Source: Deltaproteobacteria bacterium HGW-Deltaproteobacteria-13
GTDB lineage: Bacteria; Desulfobacterota; Syntrophia; Syntrophales; Smithellaceae
Length of the DNA stretch: 64,000 bases
Assembly (NCBI GenBank): GCA_002840555.1
Contig: PHBJ01000005.1
Span: 570,698 to 634,697, forward strand
Direction of reading: 5' to 3'
Made by a program: the position numbers and the translations under genes. The notes under the pieces are model-generated. The model saw only the letters and a list, made by a program, of their open reading frames with translations, was not told the origin of the DNA and did no database searches. How positions within the stretch are numbered: the stretch's first letter is position 1; every line of letters begins with the position of its first letter. Below, piece after piece: positions 55,218-64,000 of the stretch.

Positions 55218-55294
55218 AAAAAAACCTCCCCGAAATTATAATGTAACCATCCGTTTGCAAGGTAATGCTTATGACCGGCATTTTTGCCGATACT

Positions 55295-56038
55295 TTATCG
55301 CTCCCATATCTCCTTTTTATCTTTACCGAGATACGCTCTCTGAACGTCTTTATTTTCCAGCAATTCGCCGGCTGTTCCTTCCAGAATCAGACGGCCGTTT
55401 TCCAGCACATAGCCGCGGTTGGCCATCTTCAGGGCCGCGCGCGCGTTTTGTTCGACCAGCAGAACTGTTGTTTTTTTCTCTTTTGACAAATTTTCTATAA
55501 CCCGAAAAATTTCCTGAGTCACCATTGGCGCAAGCCCCATGGAAGGCTCATCCAGAAGCATCAGTTTCGGCCTGGCCATGAATGACCGGCCGATGGCGAG
55601 CATTTGCTGCTCTCCTCCCGATAACGTTCCGGCAAGCTGCTTTCGCCTCTCCCTGAGTATGGGGAATAAGTCGTAAACCATTTCTTTGTTTCTTTTTACT
55701 TCATCCCCGCCGCCCAGCATTTTGTGTTTCAGATATGCGCCCAACTCCAGATTATCCTCCACCGAAATGGGTTTAAAAACCTGTCTGCCTTCCGGAACCT
55801 GGGAAATACCCATCCGGACAATCTGGTGCACGGCAAGATTATTTATCCGGATATTATTAAAAAATATCTCGCCGCTGCGGGGAGGCACCACGCCGGACAA
55901 GGAGTTAAGCAGAGTTGTCTTACCCGCTCCGTTGGCGCCGATAAGCGTGACGATCTCCCCTTCCGTCAAATGCAGAGAAACGTTTTTCAACGCCTGCGCC
56001 TGCCCGTAGAATGTATTTATATTTTTTATCTTTAGCAT
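55295..56038 (-). CDS. livF: Branched-chain amino acid-type ABC transporter ATP-binding protein LivF
   Basis: Walker A GANGAGKTT, signature LSGGEQQML, Walker B LMLLDEPS. Confidence 0.9.
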   Translation of the reverse strand: MLKIKNINTFYGQAQALKNVSLHLTEGEIVTLIGANGAGKTTLLNSLSGVVPPRSGEIFFNNIRINNLAVHQIVRMGISQVPEGRQVFKPISVEDNLELGAYLKHKMLGGGDEVKRNKEMVYDLFPILRERRKQLAGTLSGGEQQMLAIGRSFMARPKLMLLDEPSMGLAPMVTQEIFRVIENLSKEKKTTVLLVEQNARAALKMANRGYVLENGRLILEGTAGELLENKDVQRAYLGKDKKEIWER

Positions 56039-56061
56039 ATCTTTAATCCAACGGCTTTAGA

Positions 56062-56164
56062 AAAATTGTCAGAGACAAGGCGCGCTTGGAATGAGGAATG
56101 AGACGTACTTTTTTCGTACGTCGCAATGACGAAGACCAAAGCGCAACGCAGTATATGACAATTT
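56062..56164. repeat. Long imperfect palindrome inside the livG-livF spacer
   Basis: Outer arms AAAATTGTCA (56062-71) / TGACAATTTT (56155-64). A central perfect 7-bp hairpin, GACGTAC-TTTTTTC-GTACGTC (56102-56122). The sense strand contains GTCATTGCGACG. Confidence 0.65.
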
Positions 56165-56177
56165 TAATAAGCCGATA

Positions 56178-56930
56178 TCAACCATCTCCGAGATAAGCGG
56201 AGATCACCTCCGGATTTTCCTGAATTTCCCGCGGTGTTCCTTCGGCAAGTTTTTTCCCCAGATTCAAAACAACGATGGCATCACAAATATCCATCACCAG
56301 ATCCATATCGTGTTCCACAAGAACTATCGTAATACCGGTTTCCCTGATCCTGCGAATGAGTACGGCAAGTTCGGCGGTTTCTCTGCTGTTTAAACCCGCC
56401 GCCGGTTCGTCCATCAAAATGATCTTTGGTTTCGCAGCGAGGGCGCGCGATATTTCCAAAAGTCTTCCCTTGCCGAAAGGCAAATTGCCGGCCTTCCGAT
56501 CGGCCATGTCAGCCATACCGGTAAACGCGAGCCACTCCAGACTCTTCTCGCGAATATATTTCTCTTCCTTGATCTGGCCGGGCAGTTTGAAAGCGCAGGA
56601 AAAAATGCCGCTCTTGCTTCCCGTGTGCAATCCTACCATAACATTTTCCAGAACGGTCATCTGAGCGAAAAGTTCCACATTCTGGAATGTGCGTACCAGG
56701 CCCAGGCCCGCAAGCGACTCCGTTTCAAAAAAAGAAATATTCTTTTCGCCCAGATAAACATCTCCGGCTGTCTGGGTATAAAGGCCGGTAACAATATTAA
56801 AAAGCGTCGTCTTCCCCGCGCCGTTAGGTCCGATAACTCCCGTTATTGATCCGCCGTCCACGGAAAAGGAAACATCTTCCAACGCGGTCAGTCCGCCAAA
56901 AACTTTTGTTATGCCGTTAAGCCTGAGCAT
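56178..56930 (-). CDS. livG: Branched-chain amino acid-type ABC transporter ATP-binding protein LivG
   Basis: Walker A GPNGAGKTT. LivG-type signature region LPFGKGRLLEISRAL. Walker B ILMDEPAAG. Confidence 0.9.
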   Translation of the reverse strand: MLRLNGITKVFGGLTALEDVSFSVDGGSITGVIGPNGAGKTTLFNIVTGLYTQTAGDVYLGEKNISFFETESLAGLGLVRTFQNVELFAQMTVLENVMVGLHTGSKSGIFSCAFKLPGQIKEEKYIREKSLEWLAFTGMADMADRKAGNLPFGKGRLLEISRALAAKPKIILMDEPAAGLNSRETAELAVLIRRIRETGITIVLVEHDMDLVMDICDAIVVLNLGKKLAEGTPREIQENPEVISAYLGDG

Positions 56931-57951
56931 CGCTATCCTTTGTCCCCTTCATCCTGGCCGCAATAAATCCGGCTGCCGCCTCAATGCCGCTGATAAGACC
57001 GCCGGGCATAAACATCGTCATTAAAATCAGCATCAATCCATAAATAATAATATCAAGATCCTGAAAAACCCGCAGAAGTTCCGGCAGCATCGTTAAAATT
57101 GCCGCGCCCAGAAATGAACCGTAAATACTGCCAAGACCGCCGACAACAACCATGGTCAGCAATTCCACGGAAAAATTGAAACCGAAAGACGCCGGAGCGA
57201 TAAAAGTCATGATATGGGCATAGAGACTTCCGGCGACGGCTGAAATAACCGCGGAAACTGTAAAAATCCGGACTTTTAGAATCCTGGCGTTAACGCCCAT
57301 GACGCGGGCGGCCACTTCCGAATCATTAATGGCCCTGAGCGCCCGGCCGATTCTCGATTGAGATAAATTAATGGACAATAACATGACGGCCAGCGTGGAC
57401 AGCCAGACCAGATAATAATTATTCAAATCATTGTCAAAAATCAACGAGCCGATGTGAAGATTGGGTATTCCCGATAAACCGGAAGGGCCTCCCGTCCAAT
57501 CAACCGTTTCGTTAAAAATAATATACATGATGATGCCGAAACCCATGGTGGCCATCGCCAGATAATGCCCTTTAAGTTTTAGAATTGGAGATCCGATCAC
57601 AAAAGCAAGCGCTCCGGCTATGGTCGCCGCCAGAATCATGACCAGGAACGGATCGACCGGAAACCTGGCCGTGATGATGCCGGAAATATAAGCGCCCATG
57701 CCGAAGAAGGCGGCATGCCCCAGGGAAATCTGGCCGGCGTATCCCAAAAGCAGATTCAGTCCTATGGCCAGCATAGTATTAATGCCGACGAATACGAACA
57801 CGTTTAAGAGATAATTACCTTTTAAAAAATACGGCGCGGCAAGCACGGCTGCCGCGAAAATCAGGAAAATCAGTATCTGTCGTTTTTTTTCTGTTATCAT
57901 ATTTAATTTTAATGACCGGACAGCATGACGTTGACGCGAAAAAAATCGCAT
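56917..57951 (-). CDS. livM: ABC transporter permease LivM
   Basis: Polytopic protein. GYAGQISLGHAAFFGMGAY is typical of LivM. The start is uncertain (57951, or ATG 57900). Confidence 0.85.
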   Translation of the reverse strand: MRFFSRQRHAVRSLKLNMITEKKRQILIFLIFAAAVLAAPYFLKGNYLLNVFVFVGINTMLAIGLNLLLGYAGQISLGHAAFFGMGAYISGIITARFPVDPFLVMILAATIAGALAFVIGSPILKLKGHYLAMATMGFGIIMYIIFNETVDWTGGPSGLSGIPNLHIGSLIFDNDLNNYYLVWLSTLAVMLLSINLSQSRIGRALRAINDSEVAARVMGVNARILKVRIFTVSAVISAVAGSLYAHIMTFIAPASFGFNFSVELLTMVVVGGLGSIYGSFLGAAILTMLPELLRVFQDLDIIIYGLMLILMTMFMPGGLISGIEAAAGFIAARMKGTKDSDAQA

Positions 57952-57960
57952 CTTGCGGAG

Positions 57961-58845
57961 TTAAAATCTTTCCGTCTCTTTTTTACTGAACAACCCTTCC
58001 GGCCGGATAAATAGTATCAACAATAAAATGATAAAGGCAATGGCGTCTTTATAGCTGGCGGAAATAAAACCGGCGCCCAGAGATTCCAGCAAGCCCAGCA
58101 GGAGGCCGCCCAGCAGGGTTCCCATACCGCTGCTCATTCCGCCGATGATAACCGCGCAGAAGCCTTTCAGTCCCAGCATAACGCCGACATCATAGGAAGT
58201 CATTGTCAGCGGGGCAATGATGATTCCCGCTATCGAGCCGATCGCCGAGCTGATGGCAAAGGAAAGCATCACCATGCTTTTAACATTGATGCCGACCAAC
58301 CCGGCCGCCCGGGCGTTGTAAGAGCAGGCGCGCATGGCTTTGCCGGCAATGCTGTAATTAAAAAACAGCCTGCTGCCGATAATGATTAAAACCGTCACGC
58401 CGATAATCCAGAGGTGCTGAGGAAGGATGGTTGCGCCGAAGATATAAAGAGGATCGTTGCTCGAAAAAGCGGGCAGCGCGTGGGTATCTTTCCCCCAGAT
58501 CAGCATAGCCGCGCCGCGTATAAAAATGCTCGCGCCAATCGTGATAATGATCAGGCTAAGCGGCTTCGCATTCTTCAGGGGCCTGATGGCCAGGCGTTCG
58601 AAAGAGACGCCCACCATGGTCGAGATAATAATGGACAGAATGATTGCCGCCGTCAGCGGAAGATTAAGAATGGTCAGAAAAAAAATGGTTAACATTCCGC
58701 CAAGCATCACAAACTCGCCCTGAGCGAAATTAATAATGCCGGTGGAGTTATAAATGATGGCAAAGCCGAAACCAATCAGGGCGTAAATGGCGCCGTTGGA
58801 AAGGCCTGATAAGATGTATTGAAATAATTGCCGGGAACTGTCCAT
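57961..58845 (-). CDS. livH: ABC transporter permease LivH
   Basis: LSNGAIYALIGFGFAIIYNSTGIINFAQGEFVMLG is typical of LivH. Confidence 0.88.
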   Translation of the reverse strand: MDSSRQLFQYILSGLSNGAIYALIGFGFAIIYNSTGIINFAQGEFVMLGGMLTIFFLTILNLPLTAAIILSIIISTMVGVSFERLAIRPLKNAKPLSLIIITIGASIFIRGAAMLIWGKDTHALPAFSSNDPLYIFGATILPQHLWIIGVTVLIIIGSRLFFNYSIAGKAMRACSYNARAAGLVGINVKSMVMLSFAISSAIGSIAGIIIAPLTMTSYDVGVMLGLKGFCAVIIGGMSSGMGTLLGGLLLGLLESLGAGFISASYKDAIAFIILLLILFIRPEGLFSKKETERF

Positions 58846-58942
58846 TTATACGTTGCGCTTCTTCAATAAATATTAATGCGGCGCAGGCATCATGATTGCC
58901 CGCGCCGCTCGTACAATTTGGTTCGATTATGTCACTTAAATA

Positions 58943-60097
58943 CTATTTAATCAACTTCCAGTTACCCTGCTTAATCTGTACCAGAACAAAAGCTTCACTG
59001 GTGAGACCTGCATGATCCTGCGGAGAATAAGTGAACGTTCCGCCGATCCCGGCGGCTTTTTTCGTTTTTTCTAGCTGATCGCGAATGGCCGCAGGTGCAA
59101 AGCCTCCCTGTTCCATCGCTTTCTTGAGAAGCATCACCGCATCATACGCATGGCCGCCGAAATGATCGCCTTCCACTTTGTAGTGTTCCCTGTATTGGCT
59201 CACATAGTTCATCAGGACTTTTTTCTGCGGATCGGACTTGGGCAGCTGATCAGCAACGATGACCCGGCCGGATGGAAGGATAATTCCTTCGGCGCCTTCA
59301 CCTGCAAGCTCAATAAATTTCTTGGAAGATACGCCGTGACTCATATACAGAGGCATTTTGATTCCCAGTTGTTTAACGTTTCTGGCAACTTTGGCCGGAC
59401 CGGGATTGGTTCCCCAGCAGATAATGGCCTGAGCTTTGCTGTCGCGGATTTTTGTTAACTGAACAGTCATATCGTCATCTTTCGGACCATATGTTTCATC
59501 GGAAATAATCTGCATGCCGAATTCTTTGGACTGTAATTTAAGCTGTTCCCTTCCGGAAGAACCGAATCCGTCAGAGACCGTGAGTATCGCTATCCTGGAT
59601 ATTTTTTGTTTCTGTAAATTTTTGTAAATTTTCATGACGGCCAGGACATCGTTTTGCGCCGTTTTAAATACCCATTTCTTTACCGGATCGGTTATTTTAA
59701 CTCCCGCCGCGCAGGAAATAAGAGGGATTTGGGCTTTCTCGACAACGGGAATCACGGCCATACTGTCGCCCGTGGTGCTGGGACCGATAATCGCCACAAC
59801 CTTATCGTCTTTAATCAGCTTGTTCACAGCCTGCACGGCCTTGGTGGCGTCGCCCTGAGTATCATATACGATCAGTTCCAGTTTACGCCCTTTAATCCCG
59901 CCGGCTTTGTTTATTTCCGCCACCATCATTTCCGCCGTATTGCGTTCCGGTTCACCCAGGAATGAAGCGGGACCGGACACGGAAAATAATGCGCCGATCT
60001 TCACGGGAGGAGCGGCAAAGACTGCTCCGGCCATCAAAAAACTAAAAAACAACACAAAAATTGTTCTGAAAATATTTCTCGACATACACACCTCCAC
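58943..60097 (-). CDS. Periplasmic substrate-binding protein, LivJ/LivK (type I PBP) family
   Basis: Signal peptide. The IKIGALFSVSGPASFLGEPERN pattern is typical of Leu/Ile/Val-binding-type SBPs. Confidence 0.85.
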   Translation of the reverse strand: MEVCMSRNIFRTIFVLFFSFLMAGAVFAAPPVKIGALFSVSGPASFLGEPERNTAEMMVAEINKAGGIKGRKLELIVYDTQGDATKAVQAVNKLIKDDKVVAIIGPSTTGDSMAVIPVVEKAQIPLISCAAGVKITDPVKKWVFKTAQNDVLAVMKIYKNLQKQKISRIAILTVSDGFGSSGREQLKLQSKEFGMQIISDETYGPKDDDMTVQLTKIRDSKAQAIICWGTNPGPAKVARNVKQLGIKMPLYMSHGVSSKKFIELAGEGAEGIILPSGRVIVADQLPKSDPQKKVLMNYVSQYREHYKVEGDHFGGHAYDAVMLLKKAMEQGGFAPAAIRDQLEKTKKAAGIGGTFTYSPQDHAGLTSEAFVLVQIKQGNWKLIK

Positions 60098-60312
60098 TTT
60101 AATTTAATCAACTGTCAATCCGCAAATTTAAAAATAAAAACCGTTCGTATTCAATTTACCTTTCGTATTCTTTCGCCGGTCAACGGCCGTCAACTTCTTA
60201 ATATTTTTGCCGATTTGTAAATCACAGATAAAACTTCATGTCAAACGAAAAATGACGCAATACCTCCGCCGGATAAAGACCATTCGCCATGATTGGCGGC
60301 GGATTTGTCTTG

Positions 60313-61758
60313 CTAAACAACCGGGATTCTTACCGTAAATGACGTCCCCTTCCCAACTTCGCTTTTAACCGTTATTTCCCCTTTATGTCTCTGGACGATT
60401 TCATAGGTGATACTGAGTCCCAGGCCTGTCCCCTTGCCTACTTCCTTGGTTGTGAAAAAAGGCTCGAATATTTTAACAAGATTCTCCTTCGGTATTCCAC
60501 AGCCCGTATCGGAAACTTCCATCCAGATTGAGCCGTCTTGATACCATGTCTTAATCGTGATGATTCCCCGCTCCGTGATGGAATTGACGGCATTAATCAG
60601 AAGGTTCACAAATATCTGGTTTATTTGCCCGGCATAACATTTCGTCAGCGGCAGTTTACCGTAGTTCTTTTCCAGGGTTGATTTATATTTTAATTCGTTC
60701 CAGACAATCGTGATGGCGCTTTCGATGCATTCATTGATATCGGCTTCTTTATATTCTTCTTCATCCATTCGGGAAAAGCTGTTGAGCTCCTTAACAATTC
60801 TTTTCACCCTTTCCGAACCATCCAGAGACTCTCTGATCATTCCGTTCACATCATTGATGACGTAATCCAGTTTTAATGCTTTCCGCTTTTCATTAATTTT
60901 CCTGGCAGCAGAGGCGTCTTTAAAGGATTTGATCACTTCTGACTGGGTCTCGATAAAACCAATCAAACGCCGGACATACTTATCCAGCGTCCCCAGATTG
61001 CTGGATATGAAGGACATGGGATTGTTCAGTTCATGCGCAACACCGGCAGCAAGCTGTCCGATGGAAGCCATCTTTTCCTGCTGGAGAATTTTCAACTGGG
61101 AAGTCTTCAGTTCTTCATGGGTTTTTTCCAGTTTCTCCAGCGCATGCTGGATATGTTTTCTGTTTTCATCGATTTCTTTATTTTTCCTAATCAGTTCTTC
61201 CTGATTCTTCTTCAACGCGGCTTCCATCTGCCTGCGTTTCGTCACATCACGGGAAATACCCCTGAATCCGATAATAGTGCCTTCGGTATCCCTGACAATA
61301 GACACGGATGTTTCGGAAATCAATTTCTTCCCGTCTTTGTGAATCGCTTCCATGTCCAGCAGGTTAACCGTTTCATTTGTTTTGCAGCTTTTATCCATGG
61401 CCGCATAGAGCGTTTTTGCGGTTGGCTTATCCAGAAGATACCAATATTTCTGTCCTATCAATTCTTCCCGGGCATATCCCAGAATATTGCACATGGCATT
61501 ATTAACAAAAACAAATCTGCCGTTAATATCCGCTTCGTAGTAGGCTTCTTCAATGTCTTCAAGGATAACCCGGCGCTTCTGGGCATGTTCGCGCATCGCC
61601 TCTTCCATTTTTTTACGCTCAGATTCTCTGCGCTCAAATCTTCTGCGATCAGATTGTCTGCGCTCGCTTTCGCTCTTGGTATCTTCGGGCTTATCATCCG
61701 TTCCTCTGCGTTCATGGGTCCGGCGATTAGCTTTTCTGCGCTCAACGAAAGTATCCAT
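60313..61758 (-). CDS. Soluble PAS-domain sensor histidine kinase with an Arg-rich N-terminus
   Basis: PAS ([24 protein letters not shown]). H-box [12 protein letters not shown]-box [10 protein letters not shown]-boxes DTGCGI and GKGTGLGLS. No TM segment. Confidence 0.85.
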   Translation of the reverse strand: MDTFVERRKANRRTHERRGTDDKPEDTKSESERRQSDRRRFERRESERKKMEEAMREHAQKRRVILEDIEEAYYEADINGRFVFVNNAMCNILGYAREELIGQKYWYLLDKPTAKTLYAAMDKSCKTNETVNLLDMEAIHKDGKKLISETSVSIVRDTEGTIIGFRGISRDVTKRRQMEAALKKNQEELIRKNKEIDENRKHIQHALEKLEKTHEELKTSQLKILQQEKMASIGQLAAGVAHELNNPMSFISSNLGTLDKYVRRLIGFIETQSEVIKSFKDASAARKINEKRKALKLDYVINDVNGMIRESLDGSERVKRIVKELNSFSRMDEEEYKEADINECIESAITIVWNELKYKSTLEKNYGKLPLTKCYAGQINQIFVNLLINAVNSITERGIITIKTWYQDGSIWMEVSDTGCGIPKENLVKIFEPFFTTKEVGKGTGLGLSITYEIVQRHKGEITVKSEVGKGTSFTVRIPVV

Positions 61759-61838
61759 ATTCTCCTCACGATGGAACAGACAAAAAGTCTGCTGTTTTTC
61801 CGGTATTTACTATAAAAATTTAAACAGCATCGATACCG

Positions 61839-63188
61839 TTAATGATCATTCAGTCCTGCCGGTGTTTTATCGTCTGGCAGAATTTCTACCAAGGGCGTCT
61901 CTCCGGGCGCTGCCTCAACCGCCTTCAGTTTATTGGAAAGAGTCCGCGTTTTTTTCTGTGCGTCGTCCACGGAGCTGGCGGCTTGCTCCAGCTTTTTGCG
62001 CACTGCGTCGAGCGTGTCGCCAAATCGGCTAAATGCCGTTTTCACCTCGCCCAGAACTTTCCAGATTTCTCCGGAATGCTTTTGTATGGCCAATGTCCGG
62101 AAACCCATCTGCAGACTGTTTAAAAATGCAGCAAACGTGGTGGGGCCGGTGACGACGACATGGAACTGGCGCTGCAACTGCGCCACCAGAGCGGTGCGGC
62201 GGATGACTTCCGCGTAAAGTCCCTCCGACGGCAGAAACATAATGCCGAAATCCGTTGTTTTGGGCGGCATGATATATTTCTGGGAAATGTCCCTAGCGGC
62301 TTTTTTGATGCTGGCCTCCAGTTGCCGGACCGCTTCGTCCGCCGCAGCGGCATCAGCCCGCTCCTGAGCCTCCAGCAAACGATGATAATCTTCCACCGGA
62401 AATTTGGCATCTACCGGAATCAACACGGAATCGGCCGGAGAGTCGCCCTGGCCGGGAAGCCTGATGGCGAATTCGACGAAATCACTCCCGTTTTCGCTGA
62501 TCCTGACATTCTTTAAGTATTGCTCCGGAGAAAGAATTTCCTCCAGAAGCGCGCCCAGCTGGACTTCCCCCCAGGTACCGCGTGCCTTCACATTGGTCAG
62601 CACCTTTTTCAGGTCACCCACCCCGGCGGCCAGATTGCGCATATCGCCCAGGCCCTGATGAACCAGTTCCAGCCGTTCGGAAACCTGCCGGAAGGATTCT
62701 CCCAGACGCTTCTCCAGCGTGCTTTGCAATTTTTCGTCAACCGTTTCCCTCATCCGGTCGAGCTGGCAGGTATTGTCTTCCTGAATCTGCTTAAGTTTTT
62801 CATCAATGACCAGACGGATATCCTCCATCTTTTTTTCACTGGTCGCGGTAAGCAACGACATCTGCCGGGAGAAGCTTTCGAACTGATCGTTTTGCATTCT
62901 GGCGATTTGGGCGATACTTTGCTGAACGGTGTCGCCGAATGATTTCAGCGCCGCCGCCAGTTCCGTTCTTTCCTGTTGTGAAGACGTCTGCGTCTCTGCT
63001 CGCGAACGCGCGATCTCGTCACGCACCGAACGGTCAGTTCTCTCCTGAGAATCCCGCAGAGTGTCCATTTTATTCATAAGCGGCGTAAGGTCAACACCAT
63101 TGCGTCCCGCCCGCCAATACAAAAGGACAAAGCCGATAAGCACTATGATAACTATGATAATAAGAATGAATTCCATTTTTCTCCGCAA
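61839..63188 (-). CDS. rmuC: DNA recombination protein RmuC
   Basis: N-terminal TM helix, a long coiled coil, then the RmuC nuclease-like core (VEFAIRLPG...LIPVDAKFPVEDY...MFLPSEGLY). The likely start is MEFIL (63176). Confidence 0.85.
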   Translation of the reverse strand: MRRKMEFILIIIVIIVLIGFVLLYWRAGRNGVDLTPLMNKMDTLRDSQERTDRSVRDEIARSRAETQTSSQQERTELAAALKSFGDTVQQSIAQIARMQNDQFESFSRQMSLLTATSEKKMEDIRLVIDEKLKQIQEDNTCQLDRMRETVDEKLQSTLEKRLGESFRQVSERLELVHQGLGDMRNLAAGVGDLKKVLTNVKARGTWGEVQLGALLEEILSPEQYLKNVRISENGSDFVEFAIRLPGQGDSPADSVLIPVDAKFPVEDYHRLLEAQERADAAAADEAVRQLEASIKKAARDISQKYIMPPKTTDFGIMFLPSEGLYAEVIRRTALVAQLQRQFHVVVTGPTTFAAFLNSLQMGFRTLAIQKHSGEIWKVLGEVKTAFSRFGDTLDAVRKKLEQAASSVDDAQKKTRTLSNKLKAVEAAPGETPLVEILPDDKTPAGLNDH

Positions 63189-63419
63189 TCGGACGGCAAA
63201 AATTTTAAGGAAAGAAATCTCCGAAAATGACGGCAGAATATAACGGTTAAAATACCGTTATGTCAAGCAAAATGACCGGCTTTCACATTATTTTCATTGG
63301 GATCCTCTTGTATTAAAAATATTTACGGATTTGTAAGTTGCATAATTTACGGCTTTTGGGTATAACGCAACCTCTGAATAATTTTGGCGGGTTGAAATCC
63401 GCTTATCATAAGGTTGAAT

Positions 63420-64000
63420 ATGGCCAGTAGAATTGAAGTTGGTTTTAAAAAAGGCATCCGCGACGCTCTGGGAGCAAAAGTAAAAAAAAGGATCGTTGAT
63501 AACTTTTCCCTTCCTGTCGAAAAAGTAAGCACAATCGAAGTTTATACAATCGCCGGTGATTTGACCAGGGAAGAATTAAAAAGAGCCGCCGCCGGCCCTC
63601 TTCATGACCCGGTCATCCAGCATTTTTCCATCAATACTCCGCTGGCCGCCGATTTTGACTGGCTGATTGAAGTGGGTTTCAGGCCCGGCGTTACGGATAA
63701 CGTGGGAAAAACCGCCCGTGAAGCGATTCAACTTCTTCTGGGCGGCGATACCGGCCCGCGCGAAATGAAAGTCTATACTTCCCGCCAATATCTCATCAGC
63801 GGGAGAATCACCGCGGATGACGCGGAAAAAATCGCTTCCGGCCTTTTAGCCAATGACTTGATTGAACGCCATCAAATCATTTCATCAAAAGATTTTAATG
63901 CCTCCCGCGGAATACCGGCCTATATTCCAAGTGTCTCGGGCGCGGCAAAACCGGTGGTGGAAGAAATCAATCTGGCCGGGGCCGGAAATGATGAACTTTT
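63420..64000 (+). CDS. purL: Phosphoribosylformylglycinamidine synthase (PurL-type with PurS-like N-terminal repeats), 5' partial
   Basis: I translated the open frame from ATG 63420 to the window end by hand. It reads MASRIEVGFKKGIRDALGAKV...IEVYTIAGDLTREELKRAAAGPLHDPVIQHF...WLIEVGFRPGVTDNVGKTAREAI. It is not in the ORF track because no stop is reached. Confidence 0.7.
   Translation, partial: MASRIEVGFKKGIRDALGAKVKKRIVDNFSLPVEKVSTIEVYTIAGDLTREELKRAAAGPLHDPVIQHFSINTPLAADFDWLIEVGFRPGVTDNVGKTAREAIQLLLGGDTGPREMKVYTSRQYLISGRITADDAEKIASGLLANDLIERHQIISSKDFNASRGIPAYIPSVSGAAKPVVEEINLAGAGNDEL

Overview
This is a 64-kb, moderately AT-rich chromosomal window from a Gram-negative bacterium. By inference it is an anaerobic Desulfobacterota/Syntrophia-like organism: dapF sits next to an LL-DAP-type aminotransferase, there is a PaaK plus Liv-type ABC cluster, the T2SS carries GspN/GspA/GspB, and there are GTCATTCC-type palindromic repeats. 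Layout: (i) 0.5-15.8 kb holds a complete one-strand type II secretion cluster, gspF-G-H-I-J-K-L-M-N-C-A-B-D-E, preceded by an FN3-repeat lipoprotein. (ii) 15.8-24.1 kb holds dapF, dapL, a DUF748/AsmA-like giant protein, ychF and a repeat lipoprotein with a DUF1566 C-terminus. (iii) 24.3-47.5 kb is a compositionally mosaic accessory block. It contains a polytopic protein fused to a spermidine-synthase-like domain, a membrane SGNH hydrolase, an ArnC-like GT2, an ArnT/PMT-like GT-C and a TMTC-like GT-C with TPRs. It also contains two B12-binding radical SAM enzymes with duplicated promoter/leader regions, tRNA-Thr(CGU), a membrane metallophosphoesterase and two outer-membrane barrels. On the minus strand it encodes a WecE-like aminotransferase, a WecD-like GNAT and two highly similar large polytopic membrane paralogs. 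(iv) 47.9-64 kb holds glmM, a Phd/ParE toxin-antitoxin pair, a hairpin-dense convergent spacer, thiolase, tatA, a TVP38/DedA-like protein, bioB, paaK, livFGMH plus a binding protein, a soluble PAS histidine kinase, rmuC and the 5' part of purL. I saw no rRNA, CRISPR array, transposase, integrase or phage genes. The best candidate for undescribed biology is block (iii). It looks like a lipid-carrier/GT-C style envelope-decoration system with radical-SAM and amino-sugar branches, but lacks canonical polysaccharide export or polymerisation genes. Its unity as one system is inference. All calls come from reading the translated ORFs and the DNA by eye. No database search was run.
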